Shown here one piece after another: positions 7,985 through 17,071 of a stretch of 20,000 nt of DNA; within the stretch, counting starts at the first letter, position 1; every line of letters starts with the position of its first letter. Under the pieces are notes generated by a model. It did not search any database. It had not been told where the DNA came from and saw nothing but the letters and a program-made list of their open reading frames with translations. A program made the position numbers and the translations under genes. This stretch comes from an uncultured virus (IMG/VR IMGVR_UViG_2886339191_000001) (Duplodnaviria; Heunggongvirae; Uroviricota; Caudoviricetes). Location: the IMG/VR virus record IMGVR_UViG_2886339191_000001; one strand, given 5' to 3'.

Positions 7985-10900
7985 CTATTTCACTCCTGCT
8001 CTGACAAGTCGTGCATTCGCGGCGTTCGCGGCCTGCGCGATGACACCATCGCTCACCGTGAGCGACCCAGCAAATTCCTGGAAGAGATTGCGGAAGAACA
8101 TCCGGTCGGAGGCGGACATCTCCGATACTGCGGAGGAGCCACGGCCCGAGGCAGCAGGCATATTGCCGCCGACTGGTCCTCCATTGGCGTAACCACCGAG
8201 CGATCGTTGGTGCATGCGAGCCAAGTTTTCGACCCCGTAGTACCGAACAGATTCTTGTGGGAAGACGTACTCACCAGCATGGACGATTCCGCGGGCGTCG
8301 TACTTTCCACCGCCACCGGTATAGCCGCCCTGATCGAAGAACTTCATGCGAGTTCCAGAATTGAGGGTAGCGCCACCAGAGTTTTGGATGGCTGCACTGA
8401 TCGGGTTGTTCTGGAAGTAGTTAACAAAACCTGGCCGCATGCCTGCAGCCAGCAAAGCGCCGGTTCCATACAGCTCGTTACGGTCCCAAGTTGCCTCGAT
8501 CTTTACCGATCCCTTTGAGAGGTTGATAGCGTCGAGGGCTGCCTGCAACGCCAGCTTGGCATCGTAATTACGGCCATCGATCGTCACGGTCCCGCGGCCC
8601 TGGTCAATAGCGGCAAGGGCCGCGCTGAGGACTTTTTTGGCGGGGATATTAGTGCCATTGATGGTGACTGTCGCCGTTGACTTGTTGACGGAGCCAAGGA
8701 GCTGCATCAGTTCATCACCAGCTCCAACTGTGTTGCCGTCGATGTTGACTGTGCCAACTGATTTGTTGATGCTGGCGACGATTTGATCGCGCGCAAGTTC
8801 AGCTTTTACGATCTTGCCGTTGATCGAGACGTAACTTTCACCGCGCTCAATTGCCTTGAGCACGTCGCCAAGAGCCTGACTTGCTCCCTTCGTCTGGCCG
8901 CCGATCTTTACTTTCGGAGCCTTCTCGTCGATGCCCGTATAGAGCTTTTTTAGTGCATCGTTGACGAGTATCGTGTCGCCGTTGAATACAATCGTTTTTT
9001 CTAGGTTGAGCCCGGCGTCGGCGATGAGCTTCGCCATCAATGCCTCAAAGTCGAATCCTGAACCGACGCCGCCGCCGCCTCCTCCTCCGCCCCCGCCACT
9101 TGCGTTTGCGGCTTTTAGCTTGGCCTCGAACTCGGCTATTGCTGCATCTACGCCCGTGATATCCAAGCCGACGGTGATGTTACGTGGGATGCGGTTGATT
9201 GCCAGCGTCATGTCATCGAAGGAGCTGGCGTAATCGAGGATCGCGGAACGGGAGAAGCCGGCCTGGGTGGCCTGTGCAATGAACTGGGCCTTGAGTTCGG
9301 CAACCTTCTTCTTGAGCTGGTCGGCCGGCATACCCGTGGAGGCATAGGTGCCAATCAGGTCTTGGTATTTAGAGACCAGATCAGTGATGACTCCACGGTT
9401 TTCGATTGCCGCAGCAGAGTTACCAGTAAGGCTCGTCGACGAAGCCTCCTGTGCATCAGACATCTCTTTTACCGCTTTGGTCTGATCCCCATTGGCCGAA
9501 CTGAGGTCAGCTTGGGCAGCGGCCGTATCGGAAGCGTTCTTGGCCAAGTCAGCCTGAATCTTCTTGACCCGCTCAGCATCTCCGTACATTGTGGCGACAC
9601 GCAAGTAGTATTCGCTGTTGCTCTTATCTGCCGCGAGCTGAGAGAGAGTGGCGTTGGCGTCGCGGCCCTTTTGGTTGGCGTTTTCGATTGCCTCGGCGGC
9701 GCTGTCAATTTTCTCTTTCGCATCAGCGGAGTTGCTGGCGATATCGAGCCAGCTTTTGGAAAGGCCGTCCAGGGAAGTTTGAGGGGCAAACCGCATCTCG
9801 TTCATGCGCCTGAAAACCCCAGACAAGTCATTGCCGTAGTCCGCGAGAGTGCGGATTTGCTTAGCGGCCCCGCTGGCAGATTTGCCCACTCCGCCGACAC
9901 CCTTGGAGGCACCGGCGGCCCCAGACTTCATGGCAGCCAGCATCGCGTTGACATCAGCGCCAGTTTTGTTGGTAGCAATAGCTACCCCAGTAAGCTGGCC
10001 CATGGTGGCCAGAAGTGGTGTGAGCTGCGCGACGGAGGCGAAACCCCCAGCGATGAGTGCGGAGAAGAGGGCAGAGATTTGTCCGGCAGCGGCTGGGCCG
10101 GATCCAGCAGACTCGACGATATTTGTCAGGACAGAGCTGAGGGCAGATCCACCAAGAGCAGCAGTGGCGCCGCTGCTGACGAATGCGCCACCGAGAGTGC
10201 TGAGGTCTCCGACGAGCGACTGCGCAGCGATGCTTTGCTGGAAGAATCCATCGATAGTTTTCTTGGACTCGTCAACGAAAAGCACTGCGGCAGCTCCGGC
10301 ACCGGTAGCGGCATCGGCCTGCGCTCTTAACGCGGCCGTGGTTTGTTCTGCGGAAACCCCAACTGCATTGTTTGCAGCCGCTTGTGCTGCTGTTGCTTTT
10401 GCTGAATCTGTGACGGTGGTTTTTATAGCACTTGCACCTTTGGCCATGTCAAAAAATGCTGGTGCCGCAGACTTTAGCCTTGTAAGGTCTTCGTCTGATA
10501 TGGCTCCAATTTTTATCCCAGATGACGAGAGTGCGCGGTCATTACTCAGCCCAGCTTTGAGACCAGCCAAAAGCATGACGAGCTTTTCACGGCTAATTTT
10601 TAGCTGATTTGCCATGGAGTCCGTGAGCTGTGTCACGTAGTCAGCTCCACCCTTGACGGGATCCCCGATGGATGCTTTCAGCAGCGCGGCCGGGTCGCCA
10701 CCAAAGCTTTGGATAGCTCGGTTGCCGGCATTGTCATCAAACAGTTTCTGCACTGTTTTGTTGTTCGCAAGCTCGTTGGCAAGAGCCGCTTTGGTGTTCT
10801 CGCCGTAGGCAATTGTCTGGTTTCTGATCTTTTCCGTGGCGTTAGTGGTCCCGCTATTCAGCTTGACCTGTGCCCCAGTGGCGCTCTCAATGCCGCCCAC

Positions 10901-13624
10901 CCAATCTTTTGCTGCAACGGTTGTGTCTTTGACGGTGGTGGTGATGGTGGTGATTGCTTTGCCGGTTTTTGCATACTCAGCCTGGTCTTTTGCCATGGCC
11001 GTGCTGATCGAGCTTGAGTCACCGAAAAACTCTTTGGCCGCAGCACCTGCTGTCTTCTGTGATTCGCTGAATTGGACGAGCGCCGCTGCGGCAGTGCCGA
11101 TAAGGACAATCAGCGCACCAATGCCCGTGCTGATGAGTGCAGCTTTCAAGCCAATAGAACTGACTGTTGCGAGCCGCTGGGCACCCGCAAGCCCATTTGT
11201 GGCGACTATGGCAGTACCGGTTGCCGCCGCATTAGCGCCCGTGGCAACCGTGCTTGCAGCGGTAGCGGCAGTAGCGGCTGCGGTTGCTGCAGTTTTTGCT
11301 GCCGTAGCTGCGGTTGCCTCTAGCATGAAAGTTCGCAGAGCGAGAAGTGATCCAGTAAACCGCGCTGTACCGGCTGCTGCGAGTGCAATCACACCAGTAA
11401 GGGCAACGATTGCAAGAGCTGCAAAAATGAAAGGTTGGTTGCTTTTTTCTCCCGCGAAATCGCTGATTAGTCGGAAAAAATCAGTCAGAGATAGCACCAG
11501 GTCATTGAGCGGTCCCTTTGCCGCCCCGCCGATGGAGGCGAACATGGCGGTTATCGTGTTGCTGAGGATTGTTAGCTTGGCGGCGAGAGTGTCGTTCGTG
11601 ATGCCGTACTGGGCGCTTAGCTCGTCGGCATTCTTGAATCCATCGGCAGCGTTCCCGAGCGACTGCTGGAGGATGTCGGTGTTCTGAGCGAGCTTGAGTA
11701 GCGCGGGGATATCGCGGGTGCTAGTGAGGCCGAGGGCTTGCAGAGTGGCGATTGCGCTGTCGCCAGAGGCGTTGACGCCTGTGAGTAAGTCCACAAGGCT
11801 CGAGCCGGCGTCGGCCTTGAATGCTGCGCGGAACTGGTCACCCGTTTGCCCAGAGAGCGCGCCAAACTTTGCAAGGGCGGCCGTGTCTCCGTTGATTGCT
11901 TCTTGGATTGAGATAAATAGCCGGGTAACCGTCGAGCGCGCAGCCTCTGGGGCAATTCCGATGGAGGCAAGCGCACCAGAAAGTCCGATGACTTCATCGG
12001 TAGTGAGTCCGACCGTGCCAGAGATACCGGCGATGTTCTGGGAAATGGCGATGATCTGCGACTCAGTGGCGACCGAGTTGACACCGACCTTGAGGATGGA
12101 GGAGGCGAGTGCTTCGTAGTTGCTGTTGACGTCGGGCAAAAGTTGGTTGAGACGGCCGAGCGCGGTGCCTGAAGCCTCAATGGTTACATTTGTCGTTGCC
12201 GAGAACTGAGCGGTGACTTTGGTGAAATGCGTAAGGTCATTAGCGGCGATGTTGAGCTGGCCACCGAGAGTACCGATCGCAGATAGGTCACTAAACGAGA
12301 CTGGGATTGACTGGGACAGATCAATAAAGTCAGCCTTGAGCGACTGTGCGGCCTGCCCAGTCGCGCCGACTGTGCGCTGCACCTGGGCGAAGTCTTTCTC
12401 GAAACTGATGGCAGCGCCGGCCGCAGCAGCGAAGGCGCCCACCAGAGCCGTACCAGTTATAGCCGCCGCGAAGGAGACATCGTAGAGTGCGTAGCGCACT
12501 CGTGGCAATCGACTTTCGTCAATACCTAGAAATGCCTTTTTTGGGCCACCACCTGGCTGATCCTCAGCAGCCTGGAGGGCCTTGGACGCAGCTCGGCTTT
12601 TCTCTTTGGCAGCAACGACGCGGTTGGTCGCCTCGAGCTGCGCCTGCAGGTTTCCGGGAGAGCTACGCTGAACGGCCTGCAGCTCCTTCTCTGCGACAGT
12701 GAGCTGGGTGGTAGCAAGCTGCGCGCGTTTCTTGGAGGCAGCGACGACCCCGTTATCCCTGACATCCTTATCGAAGGCGTTGTCCAAATTGATCTTTGCG
12801 ACTTTGCCCCTGGCGGCATCGAGCTGCTCCTGCAGCTTGGCCTTCGCTGCAGTAAGCCGGGTGGTTTCAGCAGCGGCCTTGGCCTCTTCAGCGGTGAGAC
12901 GCTGCGTGGCGGCGCGCTCTTCCTCCATAGCTGCAGCGACATTCCGAGAGGCATTTGCCAGCGTAGGCAAAGAGGCGTCTTTCTTTTCCAGGCGAGAAAG
13001 TGCAATCTGTGCGGAAGCCAGGTTGGTAGATGACGTGGCAGCGCGGAGCTGTGCAGCCCCAAGCGCCCCGAGCTTGGCAATCTGCTCGTCTTCACCGTTT
13101 GCGCTCTGAACAGTGGCAATGCGTTTCTCAGCGGTGGCGATTTCGCTTGCTGCCGTCGTGAGGACGTTGGCATAGCTTGCAGTACGAGCAGCAATCGTGG
13201 CGAGCTTATCGAGCTGGTCACTGCCCCTCTCCTTGTTGGGATCGAGCTTCTTGCCCGGCTCGTCACCGGTCAGTGCGTTTTTGCGGAAATTCGAGTAGGC
13301 GCGGGACGCATCATTGACTTCCTGGACGCGCTTGGTCCATGCAGCGGAGCCGCGGATTGTCGCCGACTCTTCTGTATTGAGAGAGCGAGTCAGCTCGCCA
13401 ACCTGAGTTGTGAGAATTGTGACTGCAGTCTTGTTTCCAAGAAGGTCTTTCTCAAGCTTCTCTAGTGCCCTTCCGGTTGCCTGAGTTTTGCCTTCAAGGC
13501 CGGCCATGCTTGTGATCGTGCCGTCAAGACTTTTCTCGAGTCCCTTGAGCTGATCGAGGGCCTGAGCGAGCCCAGTGATGATGAAGTTCAGACGTGCTTC
13601 AAGGCTGAAATCTTCGGCGGCCAC
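7985..13624 (-). CDS. Tape measure protein (1879 aa)
   Basis: Very long Ala-rich helical ORF directly after the frameshifted chaperones. TP901-type core (AISFEKDFAQVQRTV...LGGQL...GVNSVATESQI), hydrophobic segments, and C-terminal GGYTGGGGKYDARGIVHAGEYV motif. GTG start with AGGGAG RBS. Confidence 0.95.
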   Translation of the reverse strand: MAAEDFSLEARLNFIITGLAQALDQLKGLEKSLDGTITSMAGLEGKTQATGRALEKLEKDLLGNKTAVTILTTQVGELTRSLNTEESATIRGSAAWTKRVQEVNDASRAYSNFRKNALTGDEPGKKLDPNKERGSDQLDKLATIAARTASYANVLTTAASEIATAEKRIATVQSANGEDEQIAKLGALGAAQLRAATSSTNLASAQIALSRLEKKDASLPTLANASRNVAAAMEEERAATQRLTAEEAKAAAETTRLTAAKAKLQEQLDAARGKVAKINLDNAFDKDVRDNGVVAASKKRAQLATTQLTVAEKELQAVQRSSPGNLQAQLEATNRVVAAKEKSRAASKALQAAEDQPGGGPKKAFLGIDESRLPRVRYALYDVSFAAAITGTALVGAFAAAAGAAISFEKDFAQVQRTVGATGQAAQSLKADFIDLSQSIPVSFSDLSAIGTLGGQLNIAANDLTHFTKVTAQFSATTNVTIEASGTALGRLNQLLPDVNSNYEALASSILKVGVNSVATESQIIAISQNIAGISGTVGLTTDEVIGLSGALASIGIAPEAARSTVTRLFISIQEAINGDTAALAKFGALSGQTGDQFRAAFKADAGSSLVDLLTGVNASGDSAIATLQALGLTSTRDIPALLKLAQNTDILQQSLGNAADGFKNADELSAQYGITNDTLAAKLTILSNTITAMFASIGGAAKGPLNDLVLSLTDFFRLISDFAGEKSNQPFIFAALAIVALTGVIALAAAGTARFTGSLLALRTFMLEATAATAAKTAATAAATAATAASTVATGANAAATGTAIVATNGLAGAQRLATVSSIGLKAALISTGIGALIVLIGTAAAALVQFSESQKTAGAAAKEFFGDSSSISTAMAKDQAEYAKTGKAITTITTTVKDTTVAAKDWVGGIESATGAQVKLNSGTTNATEKIRNQTIAYGENTKAALANELANNKTVQKLFDDNAGNRAIQSFGGDPAALLKASIGDPVKGGADYVTQLTDSMANQLKISREKLVMLLAGLKAGLSNDRALSSSGIKIGAISDEDLTRLKSAAPAFFDMAKGASAIKTTVTDSAKATAAQAAANNAVGVSAEQTTAALRAQADAATGAGAAAVLFVDESKKTIDGFFQQSIAAQSLVGDLSTLGGAFVSSGATAALGGSALSSVLTNIVESAGSGPAAAGQISALFSALIAGGFASVAQLTPLLATMGQLTGVAIATNKTGADVNAMLAAMKSGAAGASKGVGGVGKSASGAAKQIRTLADYGNDLSGVFRRMNEMRFAPQTSLDGLSKSWLDIASNSADAKEKIDSAAEAIENANQKGRDANATLSQLAADKSNSEYYLRVATMYGDAERVKKIQADLAKNASDTAAAQADLSSANGDQTKAVKEMSDAQEASSTSLTGNSAAAIENRGVITDLVSKYQDLIGTYASTGMPADQLKKKVAELKAQFIAQATQAGFSRSAILDYASSFDDMTLAINRIPRNITVGLDITGVDAAIAEFEAKLKAANASGGGGGGGGGGVGSGFDFEALMAKLIADAGLNLEKTIVFNGDTILVNDALKKLYTGIDEKAPKVKIGGQTKGASQALGDVLKAIERGESYVSINGKIVKAELARDQIVASINKSVGTVNIDGNTVGAGDELMQLLGSVNKSTATVTINGTNIPAKKVLSAALAAIDQGRGTVTIDGRNYDAKLALQAALDAINLSKGSVKIEATWDRNELYGTGALLAAGMRPGFVNYFQNNPISAAIQNSGGATLNSGTRMKFFDQGGYTGGGGKYDARGIVHAGEYVFPQESVRYYGVENLARMHQRSLGGYANGGPVGGNMPAASGRGSSAVSEMSASDRMFFRNLFQEFAGSLTVSDGVIAQAANAANARLVRAGVK
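8510..8995 (-). repeat. Six tandem degenerate 27-aa (81-bp) repeats in the tape measure C-terminal region
   Basis: TIVFNG.., KVKIGG.., YVSING.., TVNIDG.., TVTING.., TVTIDG.. recur at an exact 27-residue period. Confidence 0.85.
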
Positions 13625-13670
13625 CGGTCACTCCCTCTCTAACGATTCACTGAAATACTACAGTCAACCT

Positions 13671-14123
13671 TCAGGAAACCCTCAGAGAGTCCATGATTTC
13701 CTTCCGGCGCTCCATCTCCGCTTGGTAGTACCGGTCCCGGTAAGTGACGAAATCGCTGTCGTCAGTTGTGTACGGCATCGGGCGGAGGGTTGAGCCAGGC
13801 GGCTTCTTATATGCGTCGTCTTTGCGCTTGCCCTCCTCGAAAATATCGACCGCTTTTGTTGCCTCACAAGTGTCTTCTTCTATGCGGAAACGGATATGCG
13901 GGTCGTCGCTGTGGCAGATATAGACAGGCAGGCCACAGTGGCATCGCTCAGACTCAAGGGTCTGTACCGCCTCGATGAGGAGGTAGTCCCACTCGCTCCA
14001 CTGGGCGTTTGTCGGATTGCGCTTGCGGAATAGAAACGCCGTTGGCGGCAACTTCGCGGAGATTGCCGCCTTGATGATCGAGACGTACCTGGCACCGGCG
14101 CTAGATGCCAGGTAGCCCGCTAA
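13671..14123 (-). CDS. Tail assembly chaperone C-terminal (gpT-like) part, reached by -1 frameshift
   Basis: The -1 frame is open from the slippery site (LAGYLASSAGARYVSIIKAAISAKLPPTAFLF...) into track ORF 13671..14051. Contains the Cys/His cluster CHCGLPVYICH..C. Confidence 0.85.
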   Translation of the reverse strand, partial: LAGYLASSAGARYVSIIKAAISAKLPPTAFLFRKRNPTNAQWSEWDYLLIEAVQTLESERCHCGLPVYICHSDDPHIRFRIEEDTCEATKAVDIFEEGKRKDDAYKKPPGSTLRPMPYTTDDSDFVTYRDRYYQAEMERRKEIMDSLRVS

Positions 14124-14923
14124 AAATCCGCTTGTGCGATGGCCGACTCAGAGATGGCGTTCCTGAACTGCAGGTCATTGACCGCTGCGAAGAACTTTGA
14201 GGACTGGCTGATCGGCATGAAGTCGCGGATTGTCTCAATCTCTTCTAGCGAGAGCTTCGTGCCAGAGCGACCATTCCTGTTGTCGCGGAATCGCCCCACC
14301 ATGTCAAAGGCCAGCTCAAGGAGCTGCTGCTCCTCGAACTCATCCTGTCGATCCTCGGGGATCCCCTTTTCGGTAAGCCCGAGAGTCTTCCGTGCTCGTC
14401 GTGCTGCCCCACGAGCGATCTTGTAAGGAATGGCGCGCAGCTCGATTGACAGCGACTCCTTGTTGACCAACGCCCGGACCTCATCGGCCGCCATGTCCAT
14501 CTCAATCTGCTTCGCACGCAAGGGCGCCATCTGCTCGAGCAGGGCAATGCGCTCACTGATTTGGCGCTCTCCTTCTTCGATCTGGTCTTGAATCTCGCCG
14601 GCGTCTTCAGCATTGGCCTTCTTGATATCGCGCTTGAGCTTGGCGACAACTTTCTTGAGTTCGTCGACGCCGCTGCCGTTGCGCTCAGCCTGGTCGAGAA
14701 TGTTGCGGAGCTGGCCAAGTGCCGCTTCGATGCCAATGAGCTTCTCGCTATTTACTTCGTCGTAGCCGAGGTCAATTTTGACTGTCCGCATATCGCGGTT
14801 CTTGATGTTGTCGATCAGACTGCCGGATTCGATGAAGGAGGCCTTGGCCTCTTCGATAATTTCCTCCACCTCGTTCCGCTCGACATTGATGTCGTCGGAA
14901 GTGGTTTCCAGTGCGTCGGTCAT
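14120..14923 (-). CDS. Tail assembly chaperone (gpG-like, about 267 aa)
   Basis: Lies between the tail tube and tape measure genes; acidic and helical. ATG 14923 has a strong GGAGGAG RBS; ATG 14959 is an alternative leaderless start. Confidence 0.85.
   Translation of the reverse strand: MTDALETTSDDINVERNEVEEIIEEAKASFIESGSLIDNIKNRDMRTVKIDLGYDEVNSEKLIGIEAALGQLRNILDQAERNGSGVDELKKVVAKLKRDIKKANAEDAGEIQDQIEEGERQISERIALLEQMAPLRAKQIEMDMAADEVRALVNKESLSIELRAIPYKIARGAARRARKTLGLTEKGIPEDRQDEFEEQQLLELAFDMVGRFRDNRNGRSGTKLSLEEIETIRDFMPISQSSKFFAAVNDLQFRNAISESAIAQADF
14122..14129 (-). other. Programmed -1 ribosomal frameshift site G GAT TTT T
   Basis: Minus strand reads GCG GAT TTT TAG at the end of the chaperone ORF; a -1 slip joins the downstream ORF in frame, as in the lambda G/GT arrangement. 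Confidence 0.85.
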
Positions 14924-14991
14924 TGCTCCTCCAAGCATTGTGGGCTGCCTCCCAGCCATTTCCCAGTGTAGGCCGGAAGCCTTTAGCCAGC

Positions 14992-15022
14992 AAAAAACCC
15001 CGCCGCTCGAAAGCGACGGGGT
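14992..15022 (-). terminator. Intrinsic terminator after the major tail gene
   Basis: Minus strand ACCCCGTCGCT-TTCG-AGCGGCGGGGT followed by TTTTT. Confidence 0.9.
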
Positions 15023-15038
15023 CCTCTGTGTGTTGAAG

Positions 15039-15800
15039 TTACGCCGTGGTTGTGATTACGACCGCGGTCGACGCAAGCGCGCCCGGGAAGGTGACGCTGA
15101 TGTTTGCCGTACCCACCGCGATGCGCTGCACGATGCCGTGCTCGGAGACGGTGGCCTTGCTCGGGTCGCTGGTGACCCACTTCGCACCGACCGTGATGTT
15201 CTTGCCCTGGTAGATCGCCTTGAGGCGAGCGACAGAGCTGACGATGCCCGAAGCGGCACCCGCCACAATGGACACCGTAGGGGCAACTGCGGCCGCTGGA
15301 GCGACGATTCCACGCACTGCCATGTCGGACTGCGGAAGTAGCTCGACAACCCACGAATAGCTGGATGCGCCACGCACGTCGCTCGGGGCGTCCGTAAGGA
15401 CGTGCCAGGCGTTGTACTCGTGGCCCGCAGCAAGAGCCGACGAGGCGCTTTCCACCGGGCGGTTCAGGAAGATGATGTCGCTTCCAGCGGGCTTTATGCC
15501 CACCTCGGCAGCACGGAACGTCGAGGTAGTGTCGCTGTCCTGCGCCTTGAAGCACGAGAGGCTGCCACCGAAATCGCCGTTACCGGAGGTCTTGGCGCCT
15601 GCAGCGTCCGCGAAGGAGCGGTCATCTGCAGACAGGCTCGCCTTGGTGTTGAAGTTGGTGCCGTCAAGCTTTGCGGCATCCGTGATGTTGATGAATGTCG
15701 CTGCTTCGGTAGCGGTGATTGCCTTGATGTTGGCAACCGCAGTCGCCGGGGCGAAGAACCACGCGAGGTTCTTGTTGGTGAGTACGCGCTTGTTGGGCAT
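15039..15800 (-). CDS. Major tail (tube) protein with C-terminal Ig-like (Big_2) domain
   Basis: Actinophage tube-like N-terminus (INITDA..DDRSFADAAG..VLTDAP); Big_2-like KWVTSDPSKATVSEHGIVQRIAVGTANISVT; followed by a terminator and the chaperones. Confidence 0.85.
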   Translation of the reverse strand: MPNKRVLTNKNLAWFFAPATAVANIKAITATEAATFINITDAAKLDGTNFNTKASLSADDRSFADAAGAKTSGNGDFGGSLSCFKAQDSDTTSTFRAAEVGIKPAGSDIIFLNRPVESASSALAAGHEYNAWHVLTDAPSDVRGASSYSWVVELLPQSDMAVRGIVAPAAAVAPTVSIVAGAASGIVSSVARLKAIYQGKNITVGAKWVTSDPSKATVSEHGIVQRIAVGTANISVTFPGALASTAVVITTTA

Positions 15801-15811
15801 GTCTGGATTCC

Positions 15812-16396
15812 TTAGAGGAGGATCGCGTCTTCAACGCTGATGGACTTGGTGACGAGGGAAACCTCGATGGTCTGGTTGTTGCCGTCTCCGTACATGTCGA
15901 TCGGGTGATCTGTTTGCACGTAGAAGGCGTTGTACTTCTGGCCCGCCAACGCAGCAGAGTTGTATGCGAATCCGATCCGGCGGAAGGCGATGTAGCGCAC
16001 GCCGCGCGCACGGATGTTGTCGTTTGCCAGGTTGTAGTTCGAGTCTGTCGCGGCGCTGAGCTTGTCCCGGAAGATGGTGAGCTTCGCGTCGTAGTTCTGA
16101 CTGGTCGGGACGACGGAGTTGCCGCTGGCGTTGATTGCTTTGTCGCCGTCGGTCTCGGAGCTGCTCTGGGCGAGCTTTGAGTCGTCCTTCACCGAGAGGG
16201 TGATGTTTCCGCCGGCGCCTGTGTATCCGGCGCTGGAGCGGTCAACGATGGACAGGTACTCGTTGACTGCGGCTGCGGTCAGGACGCCGATCTTGAAAGA
16301 TCCGGCCACGCCGATCGACTGGGGATCACCGAGAACCTCGACAGCGGGTATAAGCACCCATGCCTCGGTGTCCGCTGCAATAACTTTGTCGGCCAT
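15812..16396 (-). CDS. Second tail-tube-like protein (194 aa), paralog of 15039..15800 lacking the Ig domain
   Basis: Shared motifs: AWVLIPA vs AWFFAPA; GNIT vs INIT; AGQKYNAFYVQTDHPIDMYG vs AGHEYNAWHVLTDAPSDVRG. Confidence 0.75.
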   Translation of the reverse strand: MADKVIAADTEAWVLIPAVEVLGDPQSIGVAGSFKIGVLTAAAVNEYLSIVDRSSAGYTGAGGNITLSVKDDSKLAQSSSETDGDKAINASGNSVVPTSQNYDAKLTIFRDKLSAATDSNYNLANDNIRARGVRYIAFRRIGFAYNSAALAGQKYNAFYVQTDHPIDMYGDGNNQTIEVSLVTKSISVEDAILL

Positions 16397-16578
16397 TAGG
16401 AGGCCACCTCTCTTTTGCTCTTCGTGGTGACGGGGGCTCCGTCATTGGATTCGGTTTCGGGGGTGACCTCGGGCTCGGCCGTAACTAGCCGCAGCTCGGG
16501 AAACAGGTTTGCAACAGCATCGCTGTACTGGCCCACCAGACCGGTGATTTCGTGCTTGTAGGACTTGAGTTCGCTCAT
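16396..16578 (-). CDS. Small hypothetical protein (60 aa, MSELKSYKHEITGLVGQY...)
   Basis: TAATG stop/start overlap with the next gene; ATG 16578 lies 7 nt after a TACACT -10-like hexamer. The longer track ORF overlaps the upstream gene. Confidence 0.7.
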   Translation of the reverse strand: MSELKSYKHEITGLVGQYSDAVANLFPELRLVTAEPEVTPETESNDGAPVTTKSKREVAS

Positions 16579-16591
16579 ACAGCTAAGTGTA
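16579..16591 (-). promoter_or_regulatory. Candidate leaderless promoter for the small ORF and tube genes
   Basis: TACACT (16586-16591) is 7 nt before ATG 16578 with no SD, in a 49-bp intergenic gap. Confidence 0.55.
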
Positions 16592-16627
16592 GAGAAACCT
16601 ACAGCGATTTTCCAGAAACGCGGTATG

Positions 16628-17071
16628 CTACCCGGTCGACATGTTGATCGTGGTCGCCATAGCCGCAACTTTGGAGAAGATCGCTGGGCGGCTGATGGTG
16701 CGTGTGGCTGACCCATTCGAGGCATACGGCATGCGAATTGGGGTGGCGTTTCCATCGCTCGGTATCCAGTTGACCAGACGTTTGACAACCTCCCTGAACA
16801 GCGCGTTTAGCGATTTACGGTCTCCGGCGTAGCAGCCAACAACAAACGTCATCGTGTAAGGGATGTCGTCTTCGCCGTCGCCCATCGAGCGGCCACCGCC
16901 ATTGAGCGCGAACGGGGCACCGACAGACAACACAATGTAGGGCCGCGCCTTGCCAACAGAATCGAGCAAGACATCTGCATCATCTGGGGCCATGTCCAAG
17001 ATCCGTCCGCCGGCTAGGTCGCTCAATTTTTCGCGGATGCTGGTCTCTTCGTCGATGCCGTCGAAGCTCAT
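16628..17071 (-). CDS. Tail terminator protein (147 aa)
   Basis: Position before the tube genes, RPYIVL motif, typical size, ATGA overlap with the upstream gene. Confidence 0.7.
   Translation of the reverse strand: MSFDGIDEETSIREKLSDLAGGRILDMAPDDADVLLDSVGKARPYIVLSVGAPFALNGGGRSMGDGEDDIPYTMTFVVGCYAGDRKSLNALFREVVKRLVNWIPSDGNATPIRMPYASNGSATRTISRPAIFSKVAAMATTINMSTG

Noticed and set aside
9061..9100. GCC/CCT microsatellite as a DNA-level repeat element
   Set aside because: Mixed Gly codons encode a poly-Gly linker; it is a protein-level feature.
9362..13109. Long plus-strand ORFs (9362..10330, 9849..10607, 10836..11687 and others; also 1333..2148)
   Set aside because: Antisense shadows of GC-rich, Ala-rich genes, with no recognisable motifs.
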